DNA from: a virus
Taxonomy: Duplodnaviria; Caudoviricetes
Virus record (IMG/VR): IMGVR_UViG_3300010348_002226
Coordinates: 5,484-69,483 of that record
Strand: one strand, 5' to 3'
DNA length: 64,000 nucleotides
The notes beneath the pieces are model-generated. The model was not told the DNA's origin. It saw nothing but the letters and a program-made list of their open reading frames with translations, and ran no database searches. Shown here in pieces: positions 1 through 8,802 of this stretch; the stretch's first letter is position 1, and each line of letters begins with the position of its first letter. Made by a program: the position numbers and the translations under genes.

Positions 1-1
1 G

Positions 2-337
2 CAGCGACCAGCCGATCGCCCAACCGACACTGCCGCGGTTCCGCTTGTAGCCGTGGTAGGCGCCGACGCCGCCACCCGCGAGCGAAAGCCCGAGCCAAAG
101 CATCGTGTAGAGCGAAAGCCCACTCGCCGTGACTTCGCCGAGCCCGCCGAGCCCGCCGAAGCCCGCGAGCTTGCGCGCGACGGCCGCCGGGGTGTTCGGA
201 TTCCACGCCGCGGTCGGGTGATCGGGCGTGCCGATCGCGCCCCACGTCGGGAGCGTGCGCTGCTGCGGGTAGGACGGCGAGACGACCGGCGCGGGACGCC
301 AGTCCATGGTCATGTCGGGAACGAAGGGGTTCGCCAT
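2..337 (-). CDS. Membrane virion protein, 3' end truncated by the window edge (MANPFVPD...LAGFGGLGGLGE...GAYHGYKRNRGSVGWAIGWSL)
   Basis: Translated by hand; ATG 337 lies just after the stop of 342..962; open frame to position 2; hydrophobic helices. Missing from the ORF track because it has no stop. Confidence 0.8.
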   Translation of the reverse strand, partial: MANPFVPDMTMDWRPAPVVSPSYPQQRTLPTWGAIGTPDHPTAAWNPNTPAAVARKLAGFGGLGGLGEVTASGLSLYTMLWLGLSLAGGGVGAYHGYKRNRGSVGWAIGWSL

Positions 338-341
338 GCGT

Positions 342-962
342 TCAGATTCCGATGCGCTGGCGCACGCCGGCGCGGATCGCAGCGACGGAAGCCATCGCCT
401 GGGCCGTATCGGCCGCGCGCTCCATCGCACGCGACTGCTCGACCGCTCTCGCAGCCACGCCGTACGCTTCCGGAGGCGCCGACGTGGGCTGCGAGGTCGG
501 CCGAACACGTGGGGATGCCAGTAGCGCCGCGGGGACGGGCGCGTACTCGACTCGGGGGAGGGTGTTCCCGCGCGCGGCCGCAGCCGTCGCCTGGGGGTAG
601 ACCGGAACGCCGGGCGGCGTGCGCATCGCCGTGACGGTGGCGCCGGCCGAGATCCGGGTCGGAAGGAGCGCCTGCGAGACGCTCACCGCCGACGTGAGCG
701 CACCGCGGGTGTCGGGGCGCGAGACGCCGTCCGGACCCTGCTTGTGCTGCTGGAACATGAGGCGCTGGGGCATCAGCATGGCGCCGGCGAACTGCTCCGC
801 CTGCGCGACCTGCTGGTAGGCCTCCATGGCGAGCGCGGTCTTCCCGGGGTTCCGGGTGACCTGCGCGACCCGCAGGAGTTGGACCGGCAGCCGACGGATC
901 GCCTCGGGAGCCTGGTAGGCCGTTCCGAAGGCGCGAGGGTCGATGGTGGCGTAGCCGGACAT
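342..962 (-). CDS. Ala/Pro-rich hypothetical late protein
   Basis: Start MSGYATID follows a CGGGGTATAGAAG motif; coding-like codon usage. Confidence 0.7.
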   Translation of the reverse strand: MSGYATIDPRAFGTAYQAPEAIRRLPVQLLRVAQVTRNPGKTALAMEAYQQVAQAEQFAGAMLMPQRLMFQQHKQGPDGVSRPDTRGALTSAVSVSQALLPTRISAGATVTAMRTPPGVPVYPQATAAAARGNTLPRVEYAPVPAALLASPRVRPTSQPTSAPPEAYGVAARAVEQSRAMERAADTAQAMASVAAIRAGVRQRIGI

Positions 963-1020
963 GGGGGTCACATCTTCTATACCCCGGTTCGGACGACAGA
1001 CCGCACTCGGAAGGGGGTTG

Positions 1021-1130
1021 CGCGGGCCTGCGGCCCTTGGTAGGGTCGATTTCAGCAACAACACCTTCGTCCAAGCGAAGACGTTGAACACCCGGAGGGG
1101 GAAGGGATCTCGATCCCCTCCCCTTTCCTC
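1021..1130 (-). repeat. ~110-bp dispersed structured repeat, copy 1
   Basis: Shares exact 20-, 18- and 13-nt blocks with 6657..6766. Confidence 0.85.
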
Positions 1131-1144
1131 TTTCGAGGCCTCCG

Positions 1145-1336
1145 ATGCCGTCGCAACTGCCCTCGCCCATCGTCCACGGCGCCCCGACCGAGGAGGCCCC
1201 GCGCACGTTTTGCGACCTGCCCATCAGCCACCGCCACGTCGTGAAGGTGCTCCCGGGCCCGGAGTTCCGCCGCTGGGCGCGCGAGACGGGCGAGCTGGTC
1301 TGCTCGTCGTGCCTCGCCTACGCGCACCCGGCGTGA
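1145..1336 (+). CDS. Small hypothetical protein with CxxC
   Basis: 63 aa; converges tightly on the stop of 1338..1925. Confidence 0.45.
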   Translation: MPSQLPSPIVHGAPTEEAPRTFCDLPISHRHVVKVLPGPEFRRWARETGELVCSSCLAYAHPA

Positions 1337-1337
1337 G

Positions 1338-1925
1338 TCAGAGCAGGAAGTCGCGCGTCTTGCGCGCGCCGCCGTACTCCCAGCCAGGCGTCGCATCGCG
1401 CACGGTCGGGTCGAGGGCGATGAGCTTGCCGCCCGCGCGCTGCGTGGTCGCCATCGCGTAGACGTGAGCCCAGCGCTTGCCGTCGACCGAGATCACGCGA
1501 GCGCGCGTGTCCCGCCAGCCGACTGCCTTCAACAGCGTGCAGAGCGTGATCGTCGCGTCGTCGCAGTCGCCGACGCCCGCTTCGAGCGTCTTCTCGACCG
1601 TGCAGAAGAGGTCGTACTCGTCGGGATCCCGCACGTACTGCACGTTCAGCACGACGAAGTTCCAGATGAGGATCATCGCGCACTCGTCGTTGCTCGCGGC
1701 GACGTTCCCCGGGCTCCGGTAGTTCTTCCCCCACGCCGTGACGTAGGGCCCGCGGCTGTCCGTGCCGTCGACGACCCCGTTCACGATCTTCCGCGCGAGC
1801 TTCTTCGTCTCCGGGTCGTCGAGCGAGCGTCGAACCTGCCGGCCCATGAGGCTGACGTGGTCCTCGATGCTGTTGCTCTCCCAGAACGCGGCGGTGGGAT
1901 CCCCGAGGTCGACGTGGCGTGCCAT
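1338..1925 (-). CDS. Transglutaminase-like Cys-His-Asp enzyme (putative protease or crosslinker)
   Basis: Motifs YVRDP, GDCDD, AHVY, LDPT; start MARHVDLG. Confidence 0.85.
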   Translation of the reverse strand: MARHVDLGDPTAAFWESNSIEDHVSLMGRQVRRSLDDPETKKLARKIVNGVVDGTDSRGPYVTAWGKNYRSPGNVAASNDECAMILIWNFVVLNVQYVRDPDEYDLFCTVEKTLEAGVGDCDDATITLCTLLKAVGWRDTRARVISVDGKRWAHVYAMATTQRAGGKLIALDPTVRDATPGWEYGGARKTRDFLL

Positions 1926-2043
1926 ACCCCTGACATACCCCGCTTCGGGGGCGAGACCGAAGGCGACGGAAAATGAACGGCCGCCGAAGTTTCCCTCGGC
2001 GGCCGCCCCCAGCACGCACGGGAACCACACCCATGCAGTCGGC

Positions 2044-2116
2044 ACGATAGCAGGCTGGACAGGTGCGTCAAGGGGGTCTTCCGTCCTTGACCTTCGGCGA
2101 GTCCGAGGGCTACGTT
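2044..2116. promoter_or_regulatory. Divergent sigma70-like promoters
   Basis: Plus: TTGACC(2087)-N18-TACGTT(2111). Minus: TTGACG(2071)-N16-TATCGT(2049). Confidence 0.6.
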
Positions 2117-2189
2117 GCGAGTCCCAGCCAAGACCACCCGCCGCTCGCCGACCGTGCGTGGCGTGGGTCTGCACGTCCGAAGGAGCCAC

Positions 2190-3695
2190 ATGTCCGAGTC
2201 GACCCCCGTCGAGACCTCGTCTGACGCCCCGCGCAGCACGACCGTCGAGACGCTTACCGCCGACCCCTACATCGAGTACGCGCCGGGCCCGATTCCATGG
2301 GTCGAGCCCGAAATCCAGGCCTGCTTCCCGACCTCGGGGCCCGTGCACGCCTACATGCACTGGGTCACGCAGACGACGCACACGCCGAGCCTCTTCCACC
2401 TCGCGTCCTACCTCGTGAACCTTGCCCAGCGCTACGCCTCGCTCGGCATGCGCATCGAGGTCCAAGGGATGCTGCATCGCCCGCGGCTCTACTCGCTGCT
2501 CGTCGCGCCGAGCGGCGTCGGCAAGTCGACGCCGATCGCTCGCGCGCAGCAGTTCTTCGAGGAGAGCGCGCGTGGACACGTGCCGTCGCCCGTGCCGCAG
2601 TCGCACATGATCACCGCGGATTCGACGCCGAACGGCATCCAGCGGCTCATCCACGAGACGATGGTGCCCGAGTACGGCAACGAGCACTCGATGTTCGTCT
2701 GCGAAGAAGCCGAGCGGCTCTTCGTGCGCTCCCGGCAGCATCCGACCGACGCGCTCTTCTGTGCGCTCTTCGACGGCAACGTCTCGCAGCACGTGACCGC
2801 GAAGAACGTCGTCGACGCGTCGAAGGGTCAGGACAAGCTCTCGAAGCTCTACGCGCCCATCGTCTCGCTCCTCTTCGCGATGCCCGAGGCATCGTTCTCG
2901 GGCGAAGGCATGGACCGCGTCTCCGAGGCCGGGCTCATCCCGCGCTTCCTCGTCTTCCGCGGCTCGCCCCGTCCGCCGAAGGAGGCGCAGCAGGCGCACC
3001 CGACCGGTCGCGCGATCGCGCTGCAGTCGCTCGAACTCGCGCTCGAATGGTTCGACCAGGTTCGGGCCGCGATGGCTGCCGGCATCGACCCCTGGAACCA
3101 CGAAGCACCCCCCGCTGACCCGTTCGTTCGCGTGAAGCTCTCCCAGGGGGCCCGCGAAGTCTACCACCGCCGCGTGACGGTCCCCGACCGCGAGGCGTTC
3201 GAGCGCATGGTACGCAACCCGAGCGACGATGTGCGCAACATGCGCTCCTATCGGCTCCGGGCCTACGACCAGGCGTACGTGATCGCGGCGCTCTACGCCC
3301 TCGCCTCGGGTGTGCAGGGCCGGTCCACGGTCCAGGACCACCTGATCGTGCAGGACTACGAGATGGAGTGGGCCCTGAACCTCGTCGACCTCTCGGTCGC
3401 CTACATGACCCGCAAGCTGCCTGCCCTCGGCGCCGATCCGGCCTTGCGCGCTAACGCACTTCTCATCGAACTCTTCGAGGCCACAAGCACGAAGACGCTC
3501 AAGAAGACGCAGGTGATCAACCGAATGGAGCATCGGGGCATACCCGCAGCCGCGACGCTGACGGCCCTGGAGTCGCTCATCCTCGGCGGCAAGGTCGAGG
3601 TCATCGCCGAGCCCCCCACGGGGAAGAAGGGTCGACCGAAGGTTCCGCGCTACGTCTACGTCGGAGAGCCCCCAGAAGACGCCGAGGACGCCTGA
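2190..3695 (+). CDS. DUF3987/YfjI-like P-loop NTPase, probable replicative helicase
   Basis: Walker A APSGVGKST, Walker B MFVCEE; SD GAAGGAG before ATG 2190. Confidence 0.75.
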   Translation: MSESTPVETSSDAPRSTTVETLTADPYIEYAPGPIPWVEPEIQACFPTSGPVHAYMHWVTQTTHTPSLFHLASYLVNLAQRYASLGMRIEVQGMLHRPRLYSLLVAPSGVGKSTPIARAQQFFEESARGHVPSPVPQSHMITADSTPNGIQRLIHETMVPEYGNEHSMFVCEEAERLFVRSRQHPTDALFCALFDGNVSQHVTAKNVVDASKGQDKLSKLYAPIVSLLFAMPEASFSGEGMDRVSEAGLIPRFLVFRGSPRPPKEAQQAHPTGRAIALQSLELALEWFDQVRAAMAAGIDPWNHEAPPADPFVRVKLSQGAREVYHRRVTVPDREAFERMVRNPSDDVRNMRSYRLRAYDQAYVIAALYALASGVQGRSTVQDHLIVQDYEMEWALNLVDLSVAYMTRKLPALGADPALRANALLIELFEATSTKTLKKTQVINRMEHRGIPAAATLTALESLILGGKVEVIAEPPTGKKGRPKVPRYVYVGEPPEDAEDA

Positions 3696-3834
3696 CCCGC
3701 TCCCGGACATAGGGGAAGCGCCCCAAACGCCTAGAAGGCCCCTTCCTGCCCCGGGAAGGGGCCTTCGCCGTTGGGGGCGTTGAGACCGCCTCGCGCGTGC
3801 ACGCCCGCACACGATGACGTGTGTGGTGTTCTGA

Positions 3835-3930
3835 GGGGGGTGGGGGGGTCACACGTACCCCCCGTCGTGAGGGGTGTCAGAATACGTATGTATGTATGAA
3901 AATAAAAAATAAAAATAATACATACGTATA
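3835..3930. other. Candidate replication origin: G6TG7 run and an AT-rich inverted repeat around an A-tract
   Basis: ATACGTATGTAT 3882-3893 / ATACATACGTAT 3918-3929; most AT-rich patch seen; directly after the helicase gene. Confidence 0.55.
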
Positions 3931-4130
3931 GACTACCCTACCGAAACCATTGAGCTTTTCGTCACGGACCCTCCGATGGATCAAACCGTCCGAAACCATT
4001 TGTCGCTCTGCGCACCGTGTAGGCAAGGTGTGCGTGTGTGCACGCTGTCGCTACGTTTCGCCATGCCTCCGAGCCGATCGAATAATCCCGAGGCCCGATT
4101 ACGACGCAGCGCGTCACGAAGCGAACACGC

Positions 4131-4159
4131 TTGACGTGTGACAAACGCCTGCGTACTGT
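4131..4159 (+). promoter_or_regulatory. sigma70-like promoter
   Basis: TTGACG-N17-TACTGT. Confidence 0.7.
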
Positions 4160-4169
4160 CCTCGCAACC

Positions 4170-4414
4170 CCTGACCGCAGGAACGAGCTTCGGAGCGAGC
4201 CATCGCCCCGAGCGGTGCGCGCGTGCATTGCACGCGTTGCGAGGCGACCCGACCGTGCACAGCCGTCACTCGATCCCGTCCGACCCTCGGCGCCCTTGGC
4301 TCGGCGTTACGGTCGCCCACCCTGGGGTGCCAGGAGGGCGGCGGGGGAGAGGTCGGCTGGGTGCAACCGTGGAACCGCTGAGCACCAGCTCCGCAGCTCC
4401 TTCCTGGGGTCAGG
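4170..4414 (+). ncRNA. Putative structured RNA or leader
   Basis: 4170-4189 pairs 18/20 with 4395-4414, with nested inner stems; starts just after the promoter. Confidence 0.45.
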
Positions 4415-4423
4415 ATCCCCGCG

Positions 4424-4528
4424 TGAAACAACCCATGAAACACTGAAACACCACGAAACCCCCCTGCGCAACATGGATTCGTAGGGGTGTTTCAGCGGTG
4501 AAACAGTGGACTGAAACAAGGTGTTACA
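4424..4528. repeat. TGAAACA heptamer array
   Basis: Exact copies at 4424, 4436, 4444, 4499, 4512, a reverse copy at 4488 and two variants. Confidence 0.8.
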
Positions 4529-4532
4529 GCCC

Positions 4533-4979
4533 ATGCCTGCCGCCAGCCTCCTCGCCTCCTCGTCCTACGCACTCGGCGTCCTCGCCGGGGCGTTGACGCT
4601 CTTCGCGATCTTCCTCGTCGTGCTCTTCGTCGTCCGCGACTACGCGCGGTCGAAGAGCAAGGTCTCCCTGCCCGTCTTGCAGGAGCTACAGCGCTGCGAG
4701 ACCTGCTCGTTCTGGGACCGGGACCTCTTTCGGCAGCAGGTCGCGAAGCATCCCGCCTTCGTGGGCGCTGCCGAGGTCGTCGGTCCGGCCGAGATGATGG
4801 CGGGCTACACCTACAACGACGCCGGCGAACGTACCGGCATCGCCGTCGACGACCCACACGTGCGGAATGCGACCTGGAACGACGCGGGCGTCTGCAAGCA
4901 CCACGACCTCGGGACGCTGAAGATGGACGTCTGCGAGGACTGGTGTCCGCGCCGCCCGAGCACCCGGCCCGGAGCCTGA
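4533..4979 (+). CDS. Membrane protein with a Cys-rich domain
   Basis: N-terminal TM; CETC and later Cys. Confidence 0.7.
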   Translation: MPAASLLASSSYALGVLAGALTLFAIFLVVLFVVRDYARSKSKVSLPVLQELQRCETCSFWDRDLFRQQVAKHPAFVGAAEVVGPAEMMAGYTYNDAGERTGIAVDDPHVRNATWNDAGVCKHHDLGTLKMDVCEDWCPRRPSTRPGA

Positions 4980-4992
4980 AGGAGCCCGCCCG

Positions 4993-5319
4993 ATGAGCTA
5001 CCGCACGATCGACGACCCGAACGAGCTGGACGCGCCGCAGCTTCACGTGCCGACGGCGATGGACCAGCGCCGCTACCTCTCGACCGGGAACGTGTGCGGC
5101 ACCTGCAAGCACTTCTCGGCGCGCGAGGGCCAGCGGCTCATCGAGGGGACGAAGTTCCTCGAAACGCTCGTCCGCGAGCACAAGTGGCAGGTGCGGCACC
5201 TCGGCGCACCGCCCGCCGACCTCGGCGACTGCGGCCAAGCGCGCAGTGGCAGCGCAGGCGAAGACACGATGCTGACCTCGAAGATGGCGGTCGCGTGCGA
5301 CCAGTACAAGGCGAGGTGA
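4993..5319 (+). CDS. Cys-rich hypothetical protein
   Basis: CGTCKHF motif; operon spacing. Confidence 0.7.
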   Translation: MSYRTIDDPNELDAPQLHVPTAMDQRRYLSTGNVCGTCKHFSAREGQRLIEGTKFLETLVREHKWQVRHLGAPPADLGDCGQARSGSAGEDTMLTSKMAVACDQYKAR

Positions 5320-5322
5320 TCC

Positions 5323-5628
5323 ATGCGCATCGAGAAGACGATCGACGACGTGGCGAAGCAGATGTTCGACGAGCTGGCGATCGACCTCGCGACGCGGAAG
5401 ATCGATGCGCTGCCGTCGCGGGAGGAGATCCGGGGAGCGATCGCCTTCGCCTTCTGCATGGGGGCGCCCGAGCGCATGCGGCTGCCCGAGCACGTGCGCA
5501 TCGCCGCGCGCCTCTTGAAGGCGCGCCGGTGGGGCATCCCGATCACGATCCACTCGGGGACGCGCGGCGTCCACGAGAGCTTCCTCGCCTACGCACGCAA
5601 GCACGGAATCGACATCCCGGGAGCCTGA
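5323..5628 (+). CDS. Hypothetical protein
   Basis: Operon spacing, codon bias. Confidence 0.7.
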   Translation: MRIEKTIDDVAKQMFDELAIDLATRKIDALPSREEIRGAIAFAFCMGAPERMRLPEHVRIAARLLKARRWGIPITIHSGTRGVHESFLAYARKHGIDIPGA

Positions 5629-5630
5629 CC

Positions 5631-5969
5631 ATGACCCAGCACGCAGACGCCACCTGCAGCGACCCGAACTGCGAAGCCCGCAGCATCATCCTACGCATCC
5701 TCGACCTCTTCCTGACGGCCAACGTCGGAGACGCGATCGTGATCGGCAACGAGAAGCACACGATGCTCGTCGTCAAGCTCGTCGATGCGGACGACCCGGA
5801 GGAGCGCTCCGACATCGTGATGCTCTCGAAGGCGTGGAACAGCGCGTTCCACCGCGACCTCCGTGCGGGCGCGTGCGAGAAGCTCGCGGACACGCTGGAG
5901 CAGATCGCGGCGAGCCACAACGCGATCTGCAGCGCCGGCCCGTTCACGGCGCCCGGAGGTGAGGGATGA
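5631..5969 (+). CDS. Hypothetical protein
   Basis: Start MTQHAD; overlaps the next start. Confidence 0.65.
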   Translation: MTQHADATCSDPNCEARSIILRILDLFLTANVGDAIVIGNEKHTMLVVKLVDADDPEERSDIVMLSKAWNSAFHRDLRAGACEKLADTLEQIAASHNAICSAGPFTAPGGEG

Positions 5970-6316
5970 GCTACTTCTTCGTCTGGCTCGTCATCGTGTC
6001 GAGCATCCTTTACGTGCTGACCGAGGCGACCGTCGGCCGGCTCTGGCGGCTCTTCGTCGCGCCGTGGCATCCGATGCTCGCGGTGCTCGTCTACTGCCGC
6101 GCGTGCACGGGCTTCTGGGTCGGCGTCGCGACGTGGAAGCTCTTCCCGGTCGCGGTGTGCCCCTGGCCGTGGTGGACGGTGCCGCTCGTCTCGGGCGGAG
6201 CCGTGATGATGCTCGGCTACGCGTGGAACCAGGTCGCCGACAACCACGCCTACGAGCTGGAAAAGGATGCGCTACTGCACCTCGTCGAGGTGCGCGAGAG
6301 GGGCCGGGGACGATGA
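5966..6316 (+). CDS. DUF1360-like membrane protein
   Basis: TM helices with CRACTGFWVG. Confidence 0.6.
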   Translation: MSYFFVWLVIVSSILYVLTEATVGRLWRLFVAPWHPMLAVLVYCRACTGFWVGVATWKLFPVAVCPWPWWTVPLVSGGAVMMLGYAWNQVADNHAYELEKDALLHLVEVRERGRGR

Positions 6317-6651
6317 CCATGCGGAAGGTGAATGCGCACGTGCGCGATGGGGTAACGACGTACATCGGCCCCGGCGGCATCCGCCACGGGTCGCAGGAAG
6401 AGATCCTGCCGAAGCCGGGCGGAGGCTACGTCCTCTGCTTCAGCACGCCATTCCACGACGAGAACGGCTGCTACGTGCGCTTCATCCGGCCCGGCAAGCC
6501 GGCGGGGCGTGCGGCGCGCAACGCCGCGGTGCGGGCCGCTCTCCGCCGTGAGCGCGAAGAGCGTGCGGCCGAAAGGAACAGCACGGTTTTCCACACGGCG
6601 AACGGTCCGGTCTCGATTCCGAGGCGGGCGGCGGCGGCTGCGGCTGGCTGA
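6313..6651 (+). CDS. Hypothetical protein
   Basis: ATGA overlap with the previous gene. Confidence 0.6.
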   Translation: MTMRKVNAHVRDGVTTYIGPGGIRHGSQEEILPKPGGGYVLCFSTPFHDENGCYVRFIRPGKPAGRAARNAAVRAALRREREERAAERNSTVFHTANGPVSIPRRAAAAAAG

Positions 6652-6656
6652 CCCAA

Positions 6657-6766
6657 GAGGAAGGGTGAGGCGGGTCGAGAGACCCTTCCCCCTCCGGGTG
6701 TTTCGTCCTTCGCTACGACGAAGGTGTTGTTGCTACCAACCAACCAGGGGGCCGCAGGCCCCCTCC
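6657..6766 (+). repeat. ~110-bp dispersed structured repeat, copy 2
   Basis: Aligns to the reverse complement of 1021..1130. Confidence 0.85.
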
Positions 6767-6776
6767 GAGGAGCTGC

Positions 6777-8783
6777 ATGGGCAAGCGCGGACGAGCGAAG
6801 AAGGCGGCCTCGGGTTCGATGCCGGAGGTGATCATGCCGGAGAAGACGACCCCGGACGCGCCGGCGGCGACGTCGTGGAACATGGGTCTGAACCGCAACG
6901 GAAAGATCCCGACCCTGAAGGAAATGCCGACCGAGGAGATCGAGCGCCTCGCCGACTCGCACGAGAAGGTGATGGTCACGATCCAGCGGCGGAACAACCG
7001 CGGCCAGCTCGCGAATCTCGGCTACTCCGGGATGTTGTGGACGCCGGCTGAGGTACTGAGCGTGGCCGACTGGCTCCTTCCGCGCGCGGGCGGCGGGCTC
7101 TACGTCATCCGCGTTTCCGATCCGAAAAATCCCGTGCAGCGGCTCGTGCCGTCCTTCGAGGTGCCGATCGACGCGCAGCCGAAGACGCCGATCCCCTACC
7201 ATACGAACGTCATCGGAGCGCCGATCTTCGGCGTCACCCACGAGGCGCGTCAGCCGTTCTACCCAACGCCGGCGATGCCCATCCCGCCCGGCCCCGTGAT
7301 TCCGATCACGATGCCGAGCATCGATCCGTCCAAGATGCGTACCGAGGAGCAGGACAACGCGCCTGTCGTCCCGGGCGTCCTTCCACCGCCGAGGAATCCA
7401 ATGAGCAGCAAGTGGTCGCAGGGTCTCGATCCGGTCGCGTTCGCGCACATGGCGCAGAGCGCCGCAGCACAGGCGCCGATGGCCGGCGCTCCGCAGGTCT
7501 TCGGCTACGGCGTGCCTGGGGCGATGGTGGCGGGCGCCACCTTCAACTCGGATCAGCTCGCGGTCGACCAGCTCCGTCGCATGGAGGCCGATCGCGCGTC
7601 GTTGCAGACGAAGCTCGACGCGCTCCTGGAGCGCGCCGATGCGCGCGAGCGCGACTACGAGAAGCAGCTCCGCGAGCAGCAGGAGCGACACCGCGAGGAG
7701 CTGCACAACCTGCGGCTCGAAGCGCTAAAGGCAGAGCTGACGGCGAAGACGGCGGCCCCCGCGCCCCAGGGGCTCAAGGTGCCCGAGCTGATCGCGGCGC
7801 TCGCGCCGTTCGCGCCGGTCTTCGCGGCCTTCGTCACGTCCTCGAAGGAGAGTGCGACGAAGAGCATGGAGGTCCAGCAGCAGGGCCTCAACCAGCTCAT
7901 GCAGCTCATGGTCTCGCAGGCGAATCGGCCGTCGCCGGATCCGCTCTCCGCCGTCGAGAAGCTCATGCCCCTGCTCACGGCCCAGCGCGGCGGTGGCGGC
8001 GAGGGACACGCGGCCCTCGTCGAGGCGCTCGGCAACATGAACCTCCAGCAGACCGCCATGGTCGCGCAGCTTCTCGAAGGCCTCGCGGCTCAGGGTGGCG
8101 GCGATTCGACGCCGGCGTGGCTCCCGATCGTGCAGCAGATCGGGCAGGGCATGCTCGCGATGGCCCAGGGCGCCGCCGCGGACCGGCAGCGGGCGATGCT
8201 CGGCACCACGCCGCAGTTCGCTGCGCCCCCGCGCTCGCTCGGGGCTCCGCCGGCGCAGGTGACGCGTCCGGCGCCGCAGCCCACCGCCTACCGGACGCTC
8301 GACGAGGAGCCCGCCCAGGTTCCGCAGGCGCCCCAGGTGGCTGCCCCGCAGCCCATCGTCACGCCGCCCCCGCAGCCGATGGTCAACCTCAACCCCGCGA
8401 TGCTCGACTACCTGCCGGCCGAGTACCGCACGCCCGAGTGGCGCGCCATCATCATCGCCCTGCACGAGGGCCAGGACCCCGAGCACGTCGGCCGGATGAT
8501 CGGCAAGCACCTCGACCACCTGCTCGATTTCGACATGCTTCCGAGCGCCCTCGGGAACTTCCTCGTCGAGCCGCGGGAGGCGCTCGCCCGCCTCGTGCAG
8601 CCCCTCCCGATCTACACCGCGAACCACGCCTACTGCGAGGTCGTGATCGAGGAGACGCTGCAGGCGCTCTACCAGCTCGGCACGCTGGAGCTGACGCAGG
8701 AAGAGGAGGAGCCCGGCGACGAGGAGCCCGAGGACGAGGGGGACGAGACGCCGGAGGAGGACGTGGAAGCGCAGGCTTCCTGA
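6777..8783 (+). CDS. Large Pro/Gln-rich coiled-coil protein of unknown function, acidic tail
   Basis: 668 aa, strong codon bias, SD GAGGAG. Confidence 0.85.
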   Translation: MGKRGRAKKAASGSMPEVIMPEKTTPDAPAATSWNMGLNRNGKIPTLKEMPTEEIERLADSHEKVMVTIQRRNNRGQLANLGYSGMLWTPAEVLSVADWLLPRAGGGLYVIRVSDPKNPVQRLVPSFEVPIDAQPKTPIPYHTNVIGAPIFGVTHEARQPFYPTPAMPIPPGPVIPITMPSIDPSKMRTEEQDNAPVVPGVLPPPRNPMSSKWSQGLDPVAFAHMAQSAAAQAPMAGAPQVFGYGVPGAMVAGATFNSDQLAVDQLRRMEADRASLQTKLDALLERADARERDYEKQLREQQERHREELHNLRLEALKAELTAKTAAPAPQGLKVPELIAALAPFAPVFAAFVTSSKESATKSMEVQQQGLNQLMQLMVSQANRPSPDPLSAVEKLMPLLTAQRGGGGEGHAALVEALGNMNLQQTAMVAQLLEGLAAQGGGDSTPAWLPIVQQIGQGMLAMAQGAAADRQRAMLGTTPQFAAPPRSLGAPPAQVTRPAPQPTAYRTLDEEPAQVPQAPQVAAPQPIVTPPPQPMVNLNPAMLDYLPAEYRTPEWRAIIIALHEGQDPEHVGRMIGKHLDHLLDFDMLPSALGNFLVEPREALARLVQPLPIYTANHAYCEVVIEETLQALYQLGTLELTQEEEEPGDEEPEDEGDETPEEDVEAQAS

Positions 8784-8802
8784 CGCATCTTCGCTACGAA
8801 GA

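Noticed and set aside
1926-3812. Long N-terminal extension of the transglutaminase ORF
   Set aside because: Antisense to the helicase; the true start is ATG 1925, next to promoter motifs.
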